64,000 bases of DNA from a virus (Duplodnaviria; Caudoviricetes). Location: IMG/VR virus record IMGVR_UViG_3300005535_000018, positions 1 to 64,000 of that record. One strand, given 5' to 3'. The notes beneath the pieces were generated by a model. That model saw nothing but the letters and a program-made list of their open reading frames with translations, ran no database searches and was not told where the DNA came from. This document shows, piece after piece, positions 1 through 7,286 of this stretch (its first letter is position 1; the number at the start of each line of letters is the position of its first letter). A program made the position numbers and the translations under genes.

Positions 1-243
1 GCCGTGGGGGGTACGACGGTCGTGCCGCCGGTGCCGCCGCGGCACCGGCCCACACGCCGCAACGCCAACCTCGGCCGGTACCACATCCTGTGGGAGGTGG
101 AGAAGTGGGACCCGACGCCGCCGCGTGACCCGGCGCTGCTGCGCCACATCCGGGGCGACCTGTGGGCGGTGCTGGCCACGTGGGACCTCACCGACGTGGA
201 GCGGCTCGTCCTGGGCCAGCGGCCCCCGGCGGTGGCGTGGTGA
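1..243 (+). CDS. Hypothetical protein, 5'-truncated by the window edge
   Basis: Open from the window start with GC3-rich codons; stop overlaps the next GTG. Confidence 0.65.
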   Translation, partial: AVGGTTVVPPVPPRHRPTRRNANLGRYHILWEVEKWDPTPPRDPALLRHIRGDLWAVLATWDLTDVERLVLGQRPPAVAW

Positions 244-569
244 CCGGGCTGCTGGGGCCGATCGTTTACCGCCGGGTCGGTGACGACTGGGTCGCGTACG
301 GCACGATCTCGGCCGGCCTCGTCGCGGGCCGCAAGACGATCACGGTGCAACGGGCCGACGGGTCAACCGAGGTCCGCACCGTCACCCGCATCGAGCCGGC
401 CGACGTTGTCGCAGGTGTCGCGTACAACTACGCCTACCTCGAGCCGCGGGCCGAGCCGGCGCGGCCGCGGCGGCGCCGATCGCGCGGCCGGGGCTGCATT
501 ACGGGCGGCAACTGCTCCAGCTTCAACGACGGCCGCACCTGCGGCGCCGCTGACTGCGACGGGTGGTGA
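240..569 (+). CDS. Hypothetical protein with Cys-rich C-terminus
   Basis: GTGA overlap with the upstream stop; ends in CITGGNC...CGAADCDGW. Confidence 0.65.
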   Translation: MTGLLGPIVYRRVGDDWVAYGTISAGLVAGRKTITVQRADGSTEVRTVTRIEPADVVAGVAYNYAYLEPRAEPARPRRRRSRGRGCITGGNCSSFNDGRTCGAADCDGW

Positions 570-573
570 CGTC

Positions 574-1566
574 GTGGCCGGGGCGCTGGTGCCGGCGCGG
601 GAGTCGGGCGACAACGACCGCCTCAACGAGCTGACCAACTCGTTCCTGGCGGGCCGCAAGTCGGCCGACACCCGCCGGGCCTACCGCCTCGACCTTTCGT
701 CGTGGCTGCTGTGGTGCGCGGCCGCGGGCGTGCACCCGACCGACGCCTGGCCTGAGCACATCATGCAGTGGTTGGCGGCCCTGCAGGACGGCGGCGAGTC
801 GGGGGCGACCCGGGCCCGCCGGCTGTCGGCTGTCTCGTCGTGGTACCGGTGGCTCATCCGGCACCGGGCCATGGACCGCAACCCGGCCGTCCTGGATCGG
901 GACGAGCGGCCCGTGCCGGCGCCGCGGCGCGCACCGGCCCTGTCCGACCCGCAGGTCGAGCAGCTCCTGGCCGAGGCGGCCGCCGACCCGAACCTGCGCA
1001 CCGCCGCGATCATCTACCTGCTGCTGACCACCGGCATCCGGGTTGGGGAGCTGCTCGCAGCGAACATCGGCGACCTCGGCATGGAGCAGGGGCTGACCGT
1101 GCTCAACGTGACGGGCAAGGGCCGCCGGCAACGCCCCGTCGAGGTTGAGGCGCACACCCTCGCCCGGGTCAACGCGTACCTCGCGTCCCGCACCGACGCG
1201 GCGCGGCTGCCGACCCTACGCGGCCAGCCAGGTGCCGCGGAGCGGCCCCTCATCGCCACCGCCAGCGGACGCCGCATGGGCCGCAAGGAGGTGCGGGAGT
1301 TGCTGCTACGGCTGGCCCGGCAGGCCGGCCTGCCGGCGCGGCTGGTCGACCGGCTCACGATCCACTCGACCCGCGCCACACAGATCACTGCCCAGTTGGA
1401 GGCGGGTCTGCCGTTGCGGGATGTGCAACGCAACGCCGGCCACGCCTCGCCCCTCACCACCGAGATCTACGACCGGTCGCGGTGGTCGGCCGACCACAGC
1501 GGCGCCCGGGCCCTGGCCCGGCGCTGGCACCTCGACCGGCTCGAACCCGAAGGAGAAGCGTCGTGA
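574..1566 (+). CDS. Tyrosine recombinase (XerC/D-like integrase/resolvase)
   Basis: Catalytic motifs TTGIRVGEL (R), GKG (K), HSTR (HxxR), AGHASPLTTEIY (H, Y); SAM-like N-terminus (TRRAY...RRLSAVSSWYRWL). Confidence 0.93.
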   Translation: MAGALVPARESGDNDRLNELTNSFLAGRKSADTRRAYRLDLSSWLLWCAAAGVHPTDAWPEHIMQWLAALQDGGESGATRARRLSAVSSWYRWLIRHRAMDRNPAVLDRDERPVPAPRRAPALSDPQVEQLLAEAAADPNLRTAAIIYLLLTTGIRVGELLAANIGDLGMEQGLTVLNVTGKGRRQRPVEVEAHTLARVNAYLASRTDAARLPTLRGQPGAAERPLIATASGRRMGRKEVRELLLRLARQAGLPARLVDRLTIHSTRATQITAQLEAGLPLRDVQRNAGHASPLTTEIYDRSRWSADHSGARALARRWHLDRLEPEGEAS

Positions 1567-1736
1567 CAGATCCGGCCGACGTGGGCTTCCGCGAAACGTT
1601 CAACCTCGTTGACGCCTACGTCGACTCAATCGACGACGACGAGATCGAGGCCCGCTACGCCGAGTTCCTCGCCCTCATCGACGCAACCAGGCCCGCCCCG
1701 CCCCCGCGGCCGAGCTCCCGAAAGGGCGACCTGTGA
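1563..1736 (+). CDS. Small acidic hypothetical protein
   Basis: GTGA coupling at both ends; GGAG RBS. Confidence 0.55.
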   Translation: MTDPADVGFRETFNLVDAYVDSIDDDEIEARYAEFLALIDATRPAPPPRPSSRKGDL

Positions 1737-2443
1737 CCCTGTTCAGCCACCCGGCCGCGGTGGCGGCCCTCGTCACCGCCCCGGTCATCCTGTTCGTGGC
1801 CGCCGACCTGCTGGCCCGGGCCCGGCCCCGGTCGTGGCTGGTGCCGGCCGCTTACGGCATGGGCCTCGGCGCCGCCCTCGCCGCGACGGTTGTGCTCGCC
1901 TTCGCCGCGGTCGCCAGCAGGTCGCTGTCCGACACGGCGGCGGCGGCGGCGTGGATCGCCGCCCTGTGGATGTTGGGGCGGCTGGTGCTGTTTCAGAATC
2001 GCCGGTTCGCCCGGCGCAGAGCCGCGGCCGTGACCTGTCTGCTGCCCTGGCTGGCGATGCTCGCGCCGATCGGTACGCCGTCCGACGACGGCAAGCGGGC
2101 GCTGCTCGCTGGGCATTGGCGGGTGCCCAAGGGCGGCGCCCCGCTGTGGATGACCGACCCGGAACAGCCTGACGGCTCCATTGTGCTGGGCCGAGTCGAC
2201 CGAGTCTGGGTCGACCGCGAACGTCTCATGGCGGCCGGCGTCATCAGGGCATCCGCAGACGTGGCCGGGCTGTTACCTGAGATCAGCGTCATGCCCAACC
2301 ACAGTGCTGTCGGCGCGTTCGACCGCGGCGGCGAGCTTTCCCTGTTCGCGGCCGGCACAGTCACGTCGGTCCACATGGGCTGCCGACCTGCCTTCACCGG
2401 CGTGTGGCTGCGAATCGGCAACCACCGAGAGGCGGCGCGATGA
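1733..2443 (+). CDS. Membrane protein with a C-terminal domain resembling a degenerate actinophage prohead-protease fold
   Basis: About 3-4 hydrophobic segments, then LAPIGTPSDDG...PLWM...VLGRVDRVW...PAF. Confidence 0.45.
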   Translation: MTLFSHPAAVAALVTAPVILFVAADLLARARPRSWLVPAAYGMGLGAALAATVVLAFAAVASRSLSDTAAAAAWIAALWMLGRLVLFQNRRFARRRAAAVTCLLPWLAMLAPIGTPSDDGKRALLAGHWRVPKGGAPLWMTDPEQPDGSIVLGRVDRVWVDRERLMAAGVIRASADVAGLLPEISVMPNHSAVGAFDRGGELSLFAAGTVTSVHMGCRPAFTGVWLRIGNHREAAR

Positions 2444-2946
2444 GTAACCGGCCGAACATTCCCCGCGGCAGCCAGCCGCCCCCGGAGGTGGCGATGATGT
2501 TGGCCCGCTACCGGGAAAACATCGCCCGCTTCGGGTGGGTCGTGACCGGGGTGGCCGAAGACGGCCGCTGCGACACCCCCGGCTGCACCAGCGCCCACGG
2601 CCCTCACGACCCGTTCCTGTACACGGTCGGGTTGACCGACGCGGGTCTGCCGGAGCTTCTCGTACGGCACCTCAACGCCCGCCAATCGGCGGGGCTGCTC
2701 AACGCTCTCGCCCGCCAGTCGGCCGGTGAGGCGTTGACGCTGGGCGGCCGCTACGAGGCGGCCGGGCTGGCGGTCACCGCCCTGCACCTGCCCTCGGCGC
2801 AGGCCCGGCAACTGTGCAAGGTCGCCCGGGCCATGTACGGCGACGCCCGGCTAAAGGTCGTGGAGCTGGTGCCGGCCGGCGGCGGGGATTGGCCGTCAGG
2901 CCCGGCGGCGGCGCATGGCGAACACGAGGCCCACCCCGGCGGCTAG
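2440..2946 (+). CDS. DUF4262 family protein
   Basis: NIARFGWVVTGV...FLYTVGLTDAGLPELLV motif; ATGA coupling. Confidence 0.8.
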   Translation: MSNRPNIPRGSQPPPEVAMMLARYRENIARFGWVVTGVAEDGRCDTPGCTSAHGPHDPFLYTVGLTDAGLPELLVRHLNARQSAGLLNALARQSAGEALTLGGRYEAAGLAVTALHLPSAQARQLCKVARAMYGDARLKVVELVPAGGGDWPSGPAAAHGEHEAHPGG

Positions 2947-3309
2947 CAACACCAGGCCAGCGCCGAGCAGCGGCCACGCCCGGCCCGGCCCCGTCACGGG
3001 AAGCGTCCGCATCGGCGGCGACGTGCTGGGGTGCGGGGTCGTCGGCGGAACCGTACGCGAAGGGGTCGGCGACGAGGTCGGGGTGGCCGTCGGCGTGGGC
3101 GACGGGGTGACCGTCCGGGACGGGCTGGGGCTGGGGCTGGGGCTGCGGGTCGGCCGGGGGCTGTGGGTGTAGGTCGTGGTGGTGTAGGTCCTGGTGTAGG
3201 TCGGGTGGAGCGGGCCGCCGTCGGACGCCGCGGCGGTGCCAAACCCGACAACGGCCAGCAGCCCCAACACGCCCGCCGCCGCCACGATCGCCAACACTTT
3301 GCGTGCCAT
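2896..3309 (-). CDS. Secreted Pro/Thr-rich protein with LPXTG cell-wall anchor
   Basis: Signal peptide, (PS/PT)n stalk, LPVTG followed by a TM helix and RRRRA tail; AAGGAGG RBS. Confidence 0.85.
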   Translation of the reverse strand: MARKVLAIVAAAGVLGLLAVVGFGTAAASDGGPLHPTYTRTYTTTTYTHSPRPTRSPSPSPSPSRTVTPSPTPTATPTSSPTPSRTVPPTTPHPSTSPPMRTLPVTGPGRAWPLLGAGLVLLAAGVGLVFAMRRRRA

Positions 3310-3360
3310 CAGCCCGGCCTCCTTCGTTGGTCAACTACTTGAGCAACGAGGGAAGGTCAC

Positions 3361-3783
3361 GTGCGGCGGTTGTTGATCTGGTCTGAGCGGGGCTGGCGGC
3401 AACGCCTCGCCACGATCATCTGTCTGTTGCTCATCCCCGGCTCGGTTGGGGTCCTGCTCGGCGCGATCGGCGGGGACATCGCTGTCCTGCTGGGCCTGCT
3501 CGTCGCGGCGGTCGTGCTCGTGTGGATCGTCGCGACCCTGCCCACCTACAAGCCGGCCCGCTACCAGTGGGACGAAACGCAGATCGACCCGACCACCGGC
3601 TGGGCGCCGTGCGCCCTGTGCGGCTACGACTGCTCCGGCTACGAGACGTGGGCGCCGGTGCCGGGGTTCACCAACGCTTTCATGCACGCCAACGGCTGCG
3701 AGGCGCTCGTGCCCTACGGGCCGCCTCTCGCGGCCCCGACCCACCGGCGCGGGCCGGGCGGCCGGTACGAGCGGATCGGCTAG
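3361..3783 (+). CDS. Two-TM membrane protein with CxxC motif
   Basis: Two hydrophobic helices, then CALCG...H...C. Confidence 0.6.
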   Translation: MRRLLIWSERGWRQRLATIICLLLIPGSVGVLLGAIGGDIAVLLGLLVAAVVLVWIVATLPTYKPARYQWDETQIDPTTGWAPCALCGYDCSGYETWAPVPGFTNAFMHANGCEALVPYGPPLAAPTHRRGPGGRYERIG

Positions 3784-3944
3784 GCCCGGGGCCGGTCCCG
3801 CCACCACGGCACCAGCACTGCGATGGCGAGGTGCACGGCCACGAACAGTAGGCCGAGGTACAGCCAGCTGACCGAGCCGAGGTGGATGTTGAGCAGGCCG
3901 GCGCCGAAGCAGAGGGCGGCGAGAACGGCGAACACTGCGGGCAT
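3780..3944 (-). CDS. Small two-TM protein, candidate holin
   Basis: 54 aa (MPAVFAVLAALCFGAGLLNIHLGSVSWLYLGLLFVAVHLAIAVLVPWWRDRPRA) directly after the endolysin; GGAGG RBS; basic C-terminus; below the ORF-track cutoff. Confidence 0.55.
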   Translation of the reverse strand: MPAVFAVLAALCFGAGLLNIHLGSVSWLYLGLLFVAVHLAIAVLVPWWRDRPRA

Positions 3945-3946
3945 CG

Positions 3947-4861
3947 TTAACCTCCACGTACCTGTCGGGCGCCGCCCTCACCGAGGTCGGCGACGGTGGC
4001 CGTTGTTGACGCTTGCAACGCGGCGGTTTGCGCGTCGAGAGCGGCCTGGATTTTGGCCATGAGCGCCGCGACCTCGGGGCTGCTGGTGCCGATCGCCGCG
4101 ACTGCCGCAGCGAGCAGACGCGACGTCTCGGCCTGCGCCAGGGCCAGCTCGACGAGCCGGTTGGGGATGTTGCGGGCCGGGGCACCGCCGGGCCGGGCCG
4201 GTATGACGATCGGGTTGGCCCCCGACGCCATGCCCAGCACGGTCCAGGTCAGGTCGTGGGCTGCCTGATCGTCCATGTCGTCGTCTCCTCCTGGGGTGGC
4301 GGCGGCGCCGGCACCAACGACCGCCAGGATGTAATCGGTCGGGAACCCGGGCCCCGGGTCGGTGTGGGTCGTGCCGCCGAACGCGACCCGCAGATCGTTG
4401 TGGGTGGTGTGCCCGGGCCGGTACGCCCGCAGGTCGGCGACGCTGCACCACCGGTTCGGTATCCCCCACCGCCGCATCGACGCGGCGACGATCGGGGCCA
4501 GGTGGGCGAACATGGCCCGGCCGAACGGGTCGAGCCAGTCGCCGCGGGTCTGGCGGGCGTACCCGGCCAGCTCGACGTTGAGCCCCCGGTAGTTGCCGGG
4601 CCGGCTGCCGACGGTCCAGGCCGAGTCGCCCTCATCGACACACTGCACGACGCTGTCGCTGTCGCCGCAGAAGTGGGCCGAGACGCTGCGCCCGTCGGAA
4701 GGGTGGGCGAAGTAGGCGGCAGTCGACTCGGCCCGACCGGAATACTCAGACGCCTCCATGCTGTGCCACACGATCCACAGCGGCCGCCCGTCGGGTCGGC
4801 CGTGGGTGTAGCCCTGGGCCTGAACGAAAGGTAGGCCCGGGTGGTCGTTAGATGTCGCCAT
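3947..4861 (-). CDS. Endolysin, N-acetylmuramoyl-L-alanine amidase (Amidase_2)
   Basis: IVWHSME, SAHF, VQCVDEGDSAWTVG, LNVELAG, TTH, HTDPG zinc-amidase motifs. Confidence 0.9.
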   Translation of the reverse strand: MATSNDHPGLPFVQAQGYTHGRPDGRPLWIVWHSMEASEYSGRAESTAAYFAHPSDGRSVSAHFCGDSDSVVQCVDEGDSAWTVGSRPGNYRGLNVELAGYARQTRGDWLDPFGRAMFAHLAPIVAASMRRWGIPNRWCSVADLRAYRPGHTTHNDLRVAFGGTTHTDPGPGFPTDYILAVVGAGAAATPGGDDDMDDQAAHDLTWTVLGMASGANPIVIPARPGGAPARNIPNRLVELALAQAETSRLLAAAVAAIGTSSPEVAALMAKIQAALDAQTAALQASTTATVADLGEGGARQVRGG

Positions 4862-5072
4862 CGTCGTACCCGCCCACCACATCCACGACGTACTCGTCGA
4901 GGGCGGCACGCTCAGGGTCGTCGGCGGCGAGCCGTGCCGACGGTTCGCCCCGCGCGGTCCAGCCGGCCCGGTCGATCGTCTCGTGCCAGTCGGCGACTGC
5001 CTGGGCGAGGGCGTCGGCGGGCGGCACCGTCTCGGGGAAACCGACCCGAAGCCGAAGCGTCTTCGTCGCCAT
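4848..5072 (-). CDS. Small hypothetical protein upstream of the endolysin
   Basis: Overlaps the endolysin start; alternative start at 5093. Confidence 0.55.
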   Translation of the reverse strand: MATKTLRLRVGFPETVPPADALAQAVADWHETIDRAGWTARGEPSARLAADDPERAALDEYVVDVVGGYDDGDI

Positions 5073-5345
5073 CCCGCCCCCTGTGTCGTTCATGGCCGTC
5101 GCACAGCCAGTGTGTCGCCCGCCCGGGCGGCGGGCGGCACATTCGGCTACGGCGTCGCCCGTAGGCGGGTACGGCCCGGCCCTGTAGGGTCGGGTGCTGT
5201 TGGGTTAACGGCGCCCCTCGCCGGTCCTTTATGGACCGGCGGGGGGCGTGTTGGCGTTTCGGTGGACTCCGTTCCACGCGCACAAACGTCGATACTCAAC
5301 GTCACAAGGCGAACACGGCACACAACGAAAGGCAGGGCGAACAAC

Positions 5346-5804
5346 GTGGCAACGATCACCGTCACCGTCTGCGACCTCACCCGCGAAGAGGGCGACGTCG
5401 CGAAGACCCCGATCATGGTGGGTGACCTGACGGTCGCCGAGATGGAGCTAGGGCCCAACGGGACCAAGATGGTCGAGGAGGCCATCCGCGCCGCGCTCGA
5501 AGCGCTGGTCGACGAGGCACCCGCCCGGGGCGTGCAGCCCCTGGCCCCGCCGGCCCGTAGCCGAAGGCAAACCCAACCGCAACCCGACGACGACGAGGCC
5601 GACGACGAGGCTGGCGGCGACCCGGTAACGGTGGATGGCGTGGAGCTACGGCTCACCTTCACCACCGAGGAACGAGCCCGTTGCAAGGCGTGGGGCATGA
5701 GGCATTGGAGAACCCCTGCCGTGGCCCTGCCGAAGCCGCCAGCCAAGAACGGCCAGGTTTCCCGCCGGCTCGCCGAGGCGTGGGTGGCGGCCGGGCGGCC
5801 CTGA
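5346..5804 (+). CDS. lsr2: Lsr2-like nucleoid-associated protein (divergent)
   Basis: N-terminal ATITVTVCDL...EMELGP dimerisation-like region; C-terminal RARCKAWG...KNGQVSRRLAEAWVAA like the Lsr2 DNA-binding domain. Confidence 0.65.
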   Translation: MATITVTVCDLTREEGDVAKTPIMVGDLTVAEMELGPNGTKMVEEAIRAALEALVDEAPARGVQPLAPPARSRRQTQPQPDDDEADDEAGGDPVTVDGVELRLTFTTEERARCKAWGMRHWRTPAVALPKPPAKNGQVSRRLAEAWVAAGRP

Positions 5805-6090
5805 CCCGCGCGGCTGAACCGCCCCGGCCCAGTTCGCGCGCCGCCGCTGGGCCCGGCGGCCGCAGCCTTAGGGTAGGCCGCAATGCGTAGGGAGCCTCAC
5901 CTGCGCAGGCCCTGCCGCCGTTGCGGTTCGCCGAAATGCGGTGCCGGGTGTCGCCTGTTTTGCCTCCAGCCGACACCCGGCACCGTCGTCTACGCTGGCG
6001 ACCGGGTTCGGTGGGGCGTGCAAGGTGCCCGCAACCAGGTTGCAGACTTTCGACGTTGGCAGGTCGGCCTTCCCATCGGGCCCTTCTCGG

Positions 6091-6693
6091 TCAGCCGCGC
6101 CGGCCGTACTTGCGTAGCCGCAGGGTCTTGGCCAGCCGGGCCAGGGCGGCCGGCACCTCAACCGTGACGTCTCGTGACGGGGGCAGGTCGGCCGCCACGA
6201 TCGGCTCGTGGCCCCGTCTGCGCAGCACGGTGCGGGTCTGGCCGGTGAGCATCTGCAGCTGCACGGTGCGGACCTCGACCCGGTCGGGTTGGCGCCACAC
6301 CTCTCGCCGGCTGGCCACGTCGAAGGCCCGCTCACGGCCGGCGTCGTCGCCCGGCTCGAACACCAACATCCACGCTTCGCTGACCAGTACGAACCCGACC
6401 AGCGTGCGGGGCACCCTCGTCAACGAACGGTCGAACACCTCGGCCAGCTCGACCGGGTGCAGGATCTCCATATCCGCGTCCAGCTCCCCGCTGACCATGG
6501 CGATGCTGGCCAGGTTGCCGCGGCTGCCGGCGACGGTGCCGTGGTCGTGGAGCCACCACCAGTGGTTCGGGGCGTCGCGTTCGCCGCCCCAGCCGGCCGC
6601 CTCAGCCTCAGCCTCGGCCCGCAACGCGATCTGGGTCAGCACATCCTGGCCCGGGGGGCACACCTCAAGCTGGGCGGTCGGTGGCAACATCAC
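6091..6693 (-). CDS. Hypothetical protein
   Basis: AAGGAG RBS; coding-like composition. Confidence 0.65.
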   Translation of the reverse strand: MMLPPTAQLEVCPPGQDVLTQIALRAEAEAEAAGWGGERDAPNHWWWLHDHGTVAGSRGNLASIAMVSGELDADMEILHPVELAEVFDRSLTRVPRTLVGFVLVSEAWMLVFEPGDDAGRERAFDVASRREVWRQPDRVEVRTVQLQMLTGQTRTVLRRRGHEPIVAADLPPSRDVTVEVPAALARLAKTLRLRKYGRRG

Positions 6694-7219
6694 GTGCGTC
6701 TACTCCTTGCGGATGTCGGGTGCGGGCCTCGGCCAGCCACCGGTAAGCGGTCGGGTTGGTCGACACGCCCCAGAGCTCCGCGACGGCCCGGGCGCCGCCG
6801 CCGGGCCGCGCTGTGTCGGTCGCCCATTGATGAACGATCAACACCCGCTCCCAATGCTCATCGGGCCACGACCGGCTCCCCCGCGGCTTCGGCGAGGCCA
6901 GCATGCGGTACCAGGCTTCGTTGGGGTGGGTGTCGGTGCGGGCCGCGGCGAGCTGGGCGGCGGCGACGTGGAGCAGCTGCGCGGTCGGGAGCCGCGCCAT
7001 GCGGGCGGCTGAGATCGGCTGGCCGGCGGGGCGGGCGTCGATGCGTAGCCGGGTGATGTGGCGGCGGCCGCGTCGGTCGGCGCCGACCCAGACCCGCACC
7101 AGCCACGGGGCGCACGGGTCGTCGAACAGGACCGATCGGTCGCCGCTGGCCGCGACGCGGGCCCGGTCGACGTCCAACGGTCGGGGCTGCGTGATGCGGG
7201 CCCGGGTCGTCATGGCCAC
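6665..7219 (-). CDS. DUF6214-like protein with C-terminal HTH
   Basis: ARAVAELWGVSTNPTAYRWLAEAR HTH; probable leaderless GTG 6 nt after TACAGT (alternative ATG at 7213). Confidence 0.6.
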   Translation of the reverse strand: MAMTTRARITQPRPLDVDRARVAASGDRSVLFDDPCAPWLVRVWVGADRRGRRHITRLRIDARPAGQPISAARMARLPTAQLLHVAAAQLAAARTDTHPNEAWYRMLASPKPRGSRSWPDEHWERVLIVHQWATDTARPGGGARAVAELWGVSTNPTAYRWLAEARTRHPQGVDARDVATDRPA

Positions 7220-7286
7220 CAAATGACTGTACCCGCTTCGCCCCTTTCGCCCTGATCAGTCCGGTTGACCGGCCCACGATCGGTCC

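Noticed and set aside
3060-3200. GGGGCT/GGTGTAGGTC short tandem repeats as a regulatory or contingency locus
   Set aside because: Explained by the Pro/Ser/Thr stalk codons of the LPXTG protein
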